Below are positions 1 to 6,973 of a DNA stretch of 6,973 nucleotides, piece by piece; within the stretch, counting starts at the first letter, position 1, and every line of letters begins with the position of its first letter. Source of the stretch: Paraspadella gotoi (lineage: Eukaryota > Animalia > Chaetognatha); NCBI GenBank assembly GCA_051294375.1, contig JBJCIZ010000025.1, forward strand, positions 1-6,973. The letters are read 5' to 3'. A program made the translations under genes and the position numbers. Below the pieces are notes generated by a model. It was not told the origin of the DNA and ran no database searches. It worked only from the letters and a program-made list of their open reading frames with translations.

Positions 1-501
1 GAGGACGCCAACACGGACCGTTCTGCATTCGGCCGAGGCACTGGGCCATTCGAATAGGAAGTGTTAGAAATAGATGTTTCTACCTCAATCGGATCCGATG
101 CTTCAAAAAATCCATGAATCTGAGCGTTCACTTGAATTGAACAACATCGTGTCCCGCTAGTTGGGCCATACGAGCCATCATGCGCCAAAAAAGTACTCCG
201 GTTCTCGGATGTGCTCAAGTGGTGAAACGGCATCTTCCGCCTTCTGCACCAAGTTCTGACATGCTGGAGTCATTCGACCATTTGAGTGTGCATATTTCAT
301 AGAATTGTTCTTTCTAATATTGTACCTTGGATTACTGCTCTCTTTTATCTTGACAATATACATTTAATACCTTAGATAGACTATGGCTTCATAATTTAAC
401 CAGCCCCCTCTACTGTTACTAAACTAAGTCTACGGGTTGCATTCAACCAAGGAGGAGCTAGATTAAGGAGGTGTCATTTCGCCCACTGTCCTTCCCGGGC
501 C

Positions 502-749
502 TCAAACCCCGCGACTGTCGCTCTGTCAAACGTCCTTGGGTCCCGCTCCCGCTCTCCCTGTGGCTGGCCGATGTTCGCCCCTGGTCGACTATCGCCATTG
601 GCGATGCCGCGGTCTTCTGACCGCGTCCCTCTTGGAGCCCAAGTCAATGTCGGGCGATGCGACGGCGCGACGCATGGCTATCTCGCGGAAGGCGAGTGTC
701 GCGGATGGCGACTTGCCGCCGTCAGTTCCCATTAAGGGTTAGGGTTTGG
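502..749. other. GC-rich multi-hairpin island in the 5' flank, identity unknown
   Basis: At least six adjacent hairpins, several long-range pairings, and a telomere-like AGGGTTAGGGTT (735-746). Confidence 0.4.
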
Positions 750-790
750 AGAAATATGACAGCCCACTCGAGCGAGTCAATTTCTAATTC

Positions 791-886
791 AAAATAAACT
801 TCATACACTCCCGGGGATCGAACCCGGGCCCCGGTAAGATCTCCTGGGGATGGGTTGGCATCACCAGTCTAAGCCATCCAGCACGC
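791..886 (-). ncRNA. tRNA-derived Pol III (type 2 promoter) cassette or SINE-like head within the LTR, antisense
   Basis: Minus strand has A box TGGCTTAGACTGG (876-864), B box GGTTCGATCCC (824-814) in a T-arm CCCGGG-TTCGATC-CCCGGG, 39 nt between the boxes, then TTTATTTT (798-791). The acceptor stem does not pair, so it is not a canonical tRNA. The 5' end is approximate. Confidence 0.65.
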
Positions 887-1476
887 TACAAACTCACGAT
901 ATTCATTGAATCCTCTCTGGTGGGGGCATGCCCTTACCAGACTTTAAATGTATAAACATAATGCCTGGGCAGACTTGCTTTTCAAATCAAATCAACAGGC
1001 TCGCCTGAAGATGTCTTCACTGACTCGACTTTTGTTTTAACAAACTGTTTTCTCTTAACAATTGTTTACATGAAATATTCAGACTGATTTTTATGCTCGT
1101 TAATGCAAATACTTATAACTACATACTCCTTTACATATATATTTCTACTTGTTTTTAAACTCTCACAATAATGTAATAAACTACATTAATGTAAGAAGGA
1201 AAACTTTTATCTCAGATATATAATAATTCTCCATTTAAACTGAAGTGTGAAATGAATCAGAATACGATATAAGCTGATCATGAACTACTCGATATTAATT
1301 AATTTTTCATTAAACAAATAATTAAACAATTCGACATACTAAAAATACCAATTAGAAAATCTCCATATTTAAATCATTCAATTCTAAACTCTGCACTCCC
1401 TGTGTATGAACTCTCTTATTGTGCATAAACCCTCATAACGTCATCTTAGGAAGCGGCAGCACGTATGCAGTTGCCA

Positions 1477-1486
1477 TTAGTCAGTC
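1477..1486 (+). promoter_or_regulatory. Possible initiator (TTAGTCAGTC) marking the U3/R boundary
   Basis: Overlapping TTAGT and TCAGT initiator-like motifs ~60 nt before the LTR end. No clear TATA box or downstream AATAAA. Confidence 0.25.
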
Positions 1487-1543
1487 TCGGATCTGATCTC
1501 GATAACGGCATCTATTACCGACCTCCCGACACCTTGCCACACT

Positions 1544-1561
1544 TGGTAAGTCCGACGTCGA
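1544..1561 (+). promoter_or_regulatory. Primer binding site, tRNA-Trp-like
   Basis: TGGTAAGTCCGACGT follows CA-ct. It matches TGGTGACCCCGACGT, the complement of the metazoan tRNA-Trp 3' end (recalled, not searched), at 12/15. Confidence 0.65.
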
Positions 1562-1748
1562 ACTCAAGTCAACTAAAGCCAACCTTCAGACGGGGCATCA
1601 GCGAAAAGAAATCACCTCTGAGGTAAGATTGGGTGAAATGTGTGAATATTAAGCGAAATCGCCCAATTCGCTCACACCTCCTTTCCATTTGCCCCACTTC
1701 CTACTTCCCCACGCTGTCGAACAACGCCACAACGAGGGGACAGACCAG

Positions 1749-2825
1749 ATGAGCGGCCAGGAGCATCAATATCGCCTCCGCTCTCACCGAGACGCCGACG
1801 ATCCGCCGGCGGAACCAGCGACGCTTCAAGTGCCTTCAGGATTCGGTAGAGGACAGCGATCACGATCAACGTCTCCTATCTACGCTAACGCGCTTCAAGC
1901 ATTCAACTTCGGACCGTCGACATCGCCACTTCGAAAACGCCGACAGGGCGACAGGCGGCGCCGACGACAGGGAGTTGCGCCAGCGAAAACGAGGAGCTAC
2001 GCGCTGCTCTCGGCCGCCGCAACCAGAGCGCTGGAAAGAGCATCGAATCGGAAACCAGATCTTCCAGACTTTGACTCATCAAATACGAAATCTGGATCCG
2101 TCGAGTCGAAGCGGCGTACACGCGCGCCGGCATAACAGCGCCCAAAAATAAGTTTGCACATTTGGAGTCCAAAATTGGAGTTAAAGTGGACCCAAAATAA
2201 ACCAATTTCTCTATGGCGAGGCAACGAAGCTACCTGGAATCAATTTCCTTCATATATTGCGCAAAGAGTATGGTCTATCGCGCCGCCAGCAGGCGGCCTT
2301 CCCCTCGATCCATCTCGACGTCGACGGACTTAAACCGTCGAAAATGGCTAGCGGAAATTAGAGGAGAAAACGAAGACCATTTCACTCGACACTCCGCAAA
2401 AAAAATACTTCGAGGAGCTGCCTACAGAGGTCCGTCGACAACTCGAAGAAAAGGCAGAGGATCTATCAGCGAGCGACTTGTGCCAACTCGCCGATCATCA
2501 CTTTGATAGCGAAGGCAATCTCAAACTTCGCCAATCAACGTCTCTTGTCAACAACGTTAATAACGCTGTAGACGACGACGACGACGACGACGATGACGAC
2601 GACGACGCCAACGTCAACGCCCTCGGCGCCTTTCAGAGAAAAAACGGCAAAGGGAAAAAGCGGCCAAATCAGCAGAAAGCGAAACCAAAGGCTAAGCTAG
2701 TAACTCTATGCAGCAAACATGTCAAATTTGGAGACCAAGCCTGGTCATGCGAGCCAGGCTGCGCAAAGTTCGAAGAGTCAAAGAAACGTCGAGAGGGAAA
2801 CGAGAAAGGGGGACGCCGGCGGTGA
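1749..2825 (+). pseudogene. gag: Gag, interrupted by several frameshifts as written
   Basis: Joining frames gives MSGQEHQYRLRS...KPDLPDFDSSN / EIWIRRVEAAYTRAGITAPKNKFAHLESKIGVKVDPK / INQFLYGEAT.../ LEELPTEVRRQLEEKAEDLSASDLCQLADHHFD...LCSKHVKFGDQAWSCEPGC...GNEKGGRRR*. This includes a capsid-like N-terminal motif and a terminal Cys/His knuckle (2709-2762). The ATG at 1749 is inferred. Confidence 0.85.
2571..2606 (+). repeat. (GAC)12 microsatellite encoding poly-Asp in Gag
   Basis: 12 Asp codons (11 GAC, 1 GAT) read directly. Confidence 0.95.
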
Positions 2826-4711
2826 ACGCCGTTCCCCTCCAGAAATCAAGCTCACCAGCCTCTAGCGACCTTCTGCACATCAGGGACTCCGAGAGCAGAA
2901 TCAAATGGCTGGTAGACGGGGGTGCATTTCTATCTATCATTCCTCCAACTCGAGAACAACGTCAGAACGGGCCAAGCACGGAGACGAAACTCCAGGCGGC
3001 AAATGGATCCCCTATAAACTGCTATGGAACCGTTAAGAAAATAGTCACGCTGGGAAAACGACGATTCGAGTACGATTTTGTGGTTGCTGACGTTACTCAG
3101 CACATACTCGGAGCCGACTTCTTAGCAGAGAACTTTTTGGCACCTAACCATCGAGACGGATTATTGATAGATTTGAAGGACTACTCGACTATCGCTGCAG
3201 CAACTTCCACCGAAACATCAACACATGTCAACTTCGTTGATCGAAAAGGGGAAAAGTATTATAAGTTGCTCGATTCATTTCCCTCTCTCTCGACTCCTAC
3301 GTTCCAACTGAAAGAGCCTAAACACGGAGTAACGCACTCCATTCCGACAGAAGGCCGTCCGTGCCAATCTAGAGCCAGGCGCCTGGACCCAGAAAAACTT
3401 GCAGTAGCGAAAAAAGAACTCGAAAAAATGGTTTCGTTGGGCATCGCTAAAAGAGGCAAGTCGGAGTGGTCGTCACCCCTCCACGTCGTGGCCAAGCCAG
3501 ACGGGGGGTGGCGATGCTGTGGCGACTATCGCCGGCTAAATGCACAGACGGTAGATGATCGATACCCTGTAAAGTTACTAACGGACTTTAATGCTCAGCT
3601 GGAAGGTAAATCAATTTTTTCGAAAATTGATTTACTTAAAGGGTATCACCAAATACCAGTAAATCCAGACGATGTTAAAAAGACTGCAGTAATAACACCT
3701 TTCGGTCTTTATGTCTTTCCACGTTGTCCATTTGGACTCAAGAACGCTGGACAAGACTTTCAGCGCCTAATGGACGAGATATTAGGCGATATTCCACACA
3801 CGTTCGTCTATCTCGACGATATCTTGGTCGCATCGTCTTCTCCTGAAGAGCATCTCGAGGATCTAGAGCGTGTGTTCAAGACACTGGATGCCAACGGACT
3901 CGTGGTGAACACAAAAAAATGTCTCCTGGGGCAAGAGTCCCTGGAGTTTCTAGGCTTTCTCGTAGACAAGCACGGAGTACGCCCGTTGCCTGAACGAGTA
4001 CAAACTCTAAAAGAAACCACGAGGCCGACAACGGTGAAAGAACTACAAAGGTTCTTAGGGATGATTAATTACTATCGGAGGTTCATCCCTAAAGTCGCTC
4101 ACCGTTGTGCATCGCTCTATGAGGCCCTGAGCGGGAAACCGAAAAGTCTCAACTGGACCGCTGAATGTGAAAAAGCATTTGAATCAATCAAGGAAGGCCT
4201 CATTCAAGCGTCACTCCTTCACCATCCCCGCACAGGCGCCCAGCTTTGCGTCACGACTGACGCGTCAGATCATGCAGTTGGCGCCGTGCTCGAACAACGC
4301 GGCCCTAAAGGCTGGGAGCCTTTAGCCTTTTTTTCGGCGAAATTGGCTAAGAACCAAAAGCTATGGCCGCCATTTGATCGTGAATTATTCGGAGCGTTCA
4401 GGGCAGTCCGGCATTTTCGCCATTGGATCGAGGGGAGAAGCTTCACTATCTACACGGACCATCAAAGCTTAATCCCAGCCCTTAAGAAAAAATCTGAGCC
4501 ACAAACGGCCCGTCAAGCGTACCAATTGTCTGTAATCGCCGAGTACACGACGGACATAAGGTATCTTAAGGGAAAAGCTAATGTCGTAGCTGATGCTCTT
4601 TCTCGTCCAAATGCCTCAGCAGCAGCTCCGCAGCAGCAAAACGACTCTCAGGTCTCGACGATCGATTCGACTCTCCGCCTAGGCTCGAGCAGCTTGCAGA
4701 AAATGCGGTGA
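2708..4711 (+). CDS. pol: Pol polyprotein: aspartic protease, reverse transcriptase, RNase H (likely entered by frameshift at ~2795)
   Basis: Protease motifs WLVDGGA (D at 2915) and ILGADFL. RT motifs WSSPLHVV, DYRRLN, KIDLLKGYHQI, PFGLKNA, YLDD (3809-3820), FLGF. RNase H motifs TTDASD, DRELF, YTDH, NVVADALSR. The stop at 4711 follows an apparent frameshift in the linker. Confidence 0.97.
   Translation: MQQTCQIWRPSLVMRARLRKVRRVKETSRGKRERGTPAVNAVPLQKSSSPASSDLLHIRDSESRIKWLVDGGAFLSIIPPTREQRQNGPSTETKLQAANGSPINCYGTVKKIVTLGKRRFEYDFVVADVTQHILGADFLAENFLAPNHRDGLLIDLKDYSTIAAATSTETSTHVNFVDRKGEKYYKLLDSFPSLSTPTFQLKEPKHGVTHSIPTEGRPCQSRARRLDPEKLAVAKKELEKMVSLGIAKRGKSEWSSPLHVVAKPDGGWRCCGDYRRLNAQTVDDRYPVKLLTDFNAQLEGKSIFSKIDLLKGYHQIPVNPDDVKKTAVITPFGLYVFPRCPFGLKNAGQDFQRLMDEILGDIPHTFVYLDDILVASSSPEEHLEDLERVFKTLDANGLVVNTKKCLLGQESLEFLGFLVDKHGVRPLPERVQTLKETTRPTTVKELQRFLGMINYYRRFIPKVAHRCASLYEALSGKPKSLNWTAECEKAFESIKEGLIQASLLHHPRTGAQLCVTTDASDHAVGAVLEQRGPKGWEPLAFFSAKLAKNQKLWPPFDRELFGAFRAVRHFRHWIEGRSFTIYTDHQSLIPALKKKSEPQTARQAYQLSVIAEYTTDIRYLKGKANVVADALSRPNASAAAPQQQNDSQVSTIDSTLRLGSSSLQKMR
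2795..2838 (+). promoter_or_regulatory. -1 programmed ribosomal frameshift signal (gag-pol)
   Basis: G GGA AAC (2795-2801) is phased X XXY YYZ in the gag frame, and pol is in the -1 frame. After a 6-nt spacer comes the hairpin GGGGGA-cgc-CGGCG-gtgaa-CGCCG-TTCCCC (2808-2837). Confidence 0.85.
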
Positions 4712-4858
4712 CGTCAATTAAGTCAAAGGCCTCAGCAGCAGCCCCAGCAACAGCGAAACAACTCTCAGACTAAACCGAAGGTCTCGACGATGTTCGACCT
4801 CTCCCGCCCAGGCCCTCGAGCAGCTTGCAGAAAATGCGGTGACGCAATCAAGCCAAAT
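4613..4858 (+). repeat. Two-copy tandem duplication (116 and 130 bp) in the RNase H-integrase linker
   Basis: Units 4613-4728 and 4729-4858 both start GCCTCAGCAGCAGC and share GGTCTCGACGAT and CTCGAGCAGCTTGCAGAAAATGCGGTGACG. Confidence 0.93.
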
Positions 4859-4900
4859 CGCCTAGAAGCGCTGAAGCTGTCATAGCCTACTCTCAACTTC

Positions 4901-5501
4901 GAGATAGATTTCGAACAAATGGCGAGAGAGCAATGTTTTAGATCCAGATTTTCAAAAATATCTGAAGACGCACGCCTCAGGCCTTACCTTTCGACGAATC
5001 CAAGTCGGCGATCAGCAGTTGCTAGCAGACGTCTCGAATGGACCCGCTCGCCCTTTTGTTCCCGCGTCATGGCGCCGGAAAATTTCGACGTCATGCATGG
5101 CTCGGCACAGGGTCGAGGCAGCGCAAGAGCAATGCGGCGAAATTTGTCTGGACTAATATGAGACAAGAAGTAACGAAATGGGCCAGAGATTGTACAGCAT
5201 GTCAAAGAGCTAAAAGTAAGAAGACACCAGTGCCTGAAATAGGTTTGAAAATTTCAAGGGATTCACCAAAGGCGTTTCAAAATAAACTTGACCTCGTAAA
5301 AGCAACTTCGCTTTAAACACTTACTTACGATGTCGATCGCTTTTCTCGCTGGCCGGCAGCGATCGTTAGAAAACACGCTTACGACGACGACATCTCGACG
5401 CTTTAAGTCACACATTGGATTAGCATTTTTGGAAACAGCTGTAATAACGACAGATCGAGGCACACAGTTTAACTCAGCACTCTGGAGACAGTCACAAGAC
5501 A
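4901..5501 (+). pseudogene. Integrase zinc-binding region and first half of the catalytic core, multiply frameshifted
   Basis: Fragments in changing frames: IDFEQMAREQ, LLADVSNGPARPFVPASWRRK, FDVMHG, AAKFVWTNMRQEVTKWARDCTACQRAK (Cys 5191, 5200), LDLV (D 5290), DRFSRWP, VITTDRGTQFNSALW (D 5453). Confidence 0.9.
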
Positions 5502-6644
5502 ATGGGAATCAAGCACTCCATGACTATGCGTTCTCCAAGGAACGGCCTAGTCGAACGTTTTCATAGGCGTTTGAAGGAATCATTAATGGCCCTAGCTAAA
5601 GAGGAAAAGGAAAGCTGGTTCTGGAAACTACCCATGACGCTACTCGCTATTCGAACTACAATTAAAGAGGATATCGGCGCCTCAGCCGCCGATCTGGTCT
5701 TCGGTGAAGGAATCAGCGTTCCCGGTAGCATTTTGGGAGACAGCCAAGTCGACGACAACAATTTGCAGCGACAACGACAAAATCAACTCGCGAATCTCCG
5801 AGTCGAAGTTGCCAGGCTGCAACCTACCGCGACCTCTGCTCACAACCAGCCGGCAGTACACATCCCAGCTAATCTACAATCAGCCCAGTATGTATTTGTA
5901 AAACGCGCAGGCGTAAATCCTCCGTTAGTACCACCTTATGAAGGCCCTTATAAAGTAATCAGTCGAAACGGCCTTAATATGACAATTGAAATACCCAGTA
6001 CCGGAAGAGAGACAGTTAACATCGCGCGCGTCAAACCGGCATGGATAGGCGAGGAGATCGACGCCAGCGACCCCGAGACACGCCCTCGACGTCAACCAGG
6101 CCGTCAACCGGGACTCAGAACTCGAACGCCAGCTCCGACGTCAAGAACAACGCGATCGGCGAATCAACGGGCCGCCTCTCCTCCTCCTCCTCCTCCTCCT
6201 CCTCCCCCTCCTCCTCCTCTCCTCCTCCTTTCCCCCCATCCCAACCCCCACTGTCTCCCCGACCCACCTGCATCACCTTTACGTTTTTTGTCACCGGCTT
6301 CCTCTTCTCCCGGCCTTCTCCGCTCACCTCTACAAATCTCAAACAAAAATGACAACAACAACAAAGCGACAAAGAACGAAGAGCCAACGTGGAGATTTTC
6401 TAAGCCGACGCCAGAGAATTTTTCGAATAGGAAACCGAGACAACTCAATCCAGAACAAAAGAACAATGTCAATACAATAAACAACAACAACAACAACAAC
6501 AACGAAACAAATAGTCGTCCCAAATACTCTACTGTATTGAAAGAGATGCTTCGACGACAAAAAAGCGAAAATGACAAAAACGAAAATAACAACAACAAAA
6601 ACAACAAAAGCCCCGCTGCCAAGCGCGCCGACAGCCGGAGTTAG
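5502..6644 (+). CDS. Integrase C-terminal part of Pol (catalytic Glu, GPY/F motif, low-complexity tail)
   Basis: GIKH...NGLVERFHRRLKESL (E 5553), WKLPMTLLAIRTTIKEDIGASAADLVFG, PYEGPYKV (5934-5957), VNIARVKPA. This continues pol and is not an independent gene. Confidence 0.9.
   Translation: MGIKHSMTMRSPRNGLVERFHRRLKESLMALAKEEKESWFWKLPMTLLAIRTTIKEDIGASAADLVFGEGISVPGSILGDSQVDDNNLQRQRQNQLANLRVEVARLQPTATSAHNQPAVHIPANLQSAQYVFVKRAGVNPPLVPPYEGPYKVISRNGLNMTIEIPSTGRETVNIARVKPAWIGEEIDASDPETRPRRQPGRQPGLRTRTPAPTSRTTRSANQRAASPPPPPPPPPPPPPLLLLSPHPNPHCLPDPPASPLRFLSPASSSPGLLRSPLQISNKNDNNNKATKNEEPTWRFSKPTPENFSNRKPRQLNPEQKNNVNTINNNNNNNNETNSRPKYSTVLKEMLRRQKSENDKNENNNNKNNKSPAAKRADSRS
6180..6229 (+). repeat. (CCT)n microsatellite, poly-Pro
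   Basis: About 16 imperfect CCT units. Confidence 0.9.
6480..6503 (+). repeat. (AAC)8 microsatellite, poly-Asn
   Basis: Read directly; shorter AAC runs occur near 6354 and 6588. Confidence 0.9.
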
Positions 6645-6946
6645 GCATCCATCTTCGTCCATCAGCATCCTCTGGCGAACTCCGACTGCCGACTACTTGT
6701 ATTAGCCCTATATGTAAATATTGTAAATTTTTGTATTTTAGAAATTTGAAATTTTGATTTTTGGTAAATTTTGGATTTTGAGTCAGTCTATTTTAATCAT
6801 TGGTATTTGCTTCATTGATTCATTTTAATATTTAATAATACCCATATATATTAATTATTTTATTACATACACACAAACAATCACTCGGTGACGACAACGT
6901 TTTATATCGAAATTATTTCTATGTAATAACCCTTATATATTTCGAC

Positions 6947-6953
6947 AGGGGGG
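6947..6953 (+). promoter_or_regulatory. Polypurine tract
   Basis: AGGGGGG after an AT-rich ~300-nt 3' UTR, 2 nt before the TG that starts the LTR-matching sequence. Confidence 0.75.
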
Positions 6954-6955
6954 CA

Positions 6956-6973
6956 TGCAGCCACCTCGAGCGA
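6956..6973 (+). repeat. Start of the 3' LTR (truncated by the window)
   Basis: TGCAGCCACCTCGAGCGA resembles 757-775 and directly follows the PPT. Confidence 0.72.

Larger units (their letters stand above)
757..1541 (+). repeat. 5' LTR (~785 bp)
   Basis: Starts TGACAGCCCACTCGAGCGA, matching TGCAGCCACCTCGAGCGA right after the PPT (14/16 over the last 16 nt). Ends ...GCCACA, 2 nt before a TGG PBS. Only 18 nt of the second copy are visible, so internal insertions cannot be excluded. Confidence 0.72.
757..6973 (+). mobile_element. Ty3/Gypsy (Metaviridae-type) LTR retrotransposon, near full length; 3' LTR cut off by the window end
   Basis: Order is LTR-PBS-gag-PR-RT-RH-IN-PPT-LTR. Integrase lies after RT/RNase H and carries a GPY/F motif, which is Gypsy order. 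Boundaries come from the 757/6956 repeat match plus the PBS and PPT positions. Confidence 0.95.

Noticed and set aside
1-363. Minus-strand ORF 178-363 and an overlapping open frame running off the window
   Set aside because: Short, with no recognisable motif. A host exon cannot be excluded but is unsupported.
536-742. 68-aa ORF in the GC island
   Set aside because: TTG start and no recognisable motif; open frames are expected at this GC content.
470-750. Hammerhead or HDV-like ribozyme, SRP RNA or RNase P RNA
   Set aside because: No CUGANGA core or other diagnostic motifs found by eye on either strand.
751-756. Target-site duplication
   Set aside because: The 3' end of the element is outside the window, so it cannot be evaluated.
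800-886. Functional tRNA gene on the minus strand
   Set aside because: A/B boxes and T-arm are present, but there is no pairing acceptor stem and no canonical anticodon arm.
757-890. Short LTR ending at GCTACA (890)
   Set aside because: No TGG PBS follows it, whereas the CA at 1541 is followed by a PBS-like sequence.
4613-4858. CRISPR-like or RT-associated repeat array
   Set aside because: Only two adjacent long units with no spacers, inside a eukaryotic pol gene.
1672-5761. Other short minus-strand ORFs over gag and pol
   Set aside because: Shadow ORFs of the coding strand with no independent motifs.
6115-6668. Antisense hydrophobic ORFs as env-like or membrane proteins
   Set aside because: The poly-Leu, Val and Gly runs are the reverse complements of the AAC and CCT microsatellites.
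6636-6684. CGGAGTT/AACTCCG stem at the pol stop as a readthrough signal
   Set aside because: Only 7 bp with a long loop, and no substantial ORF lies downstream.

Overview
Eukaryotic DNA, probably from an invertebrate, dominated by one Ty3/Gypsy LTR retrotransposon on the + strand (~757 to the window end). Its parts are: a 5' LTR (~757-1541, TG...CA); a tRNA-Trp-like PBS (1544); a frameshift-riddled gag (1749-2825) ending in a C-x2-H-x9-C-x3-C knuckle; a -1 frameshift signal (G GGA AAC plus hairpin); an uninterrupted protease-RT-RNase H ORF (to 4711); a tandemly duplicated linker; a fragmented integrase (HHCC, DDE, GPY/F) with a long low-complexity tail; a PPT; and the first 18 nt of the 3' LTR. 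Two non-coding features stand out. One is an antisense tRNA-like Pol III cassette (A box, B box, T-arm, T4 terminator) inside the 5' LTR. The other is a densely hairpinned GC-rich island with a TTAGGG-type motif just upstream of the insertion point. The many indels in gag and integrase may be long-read errors rather than biology. All calls were made by eye; no searches or folding programs were run.
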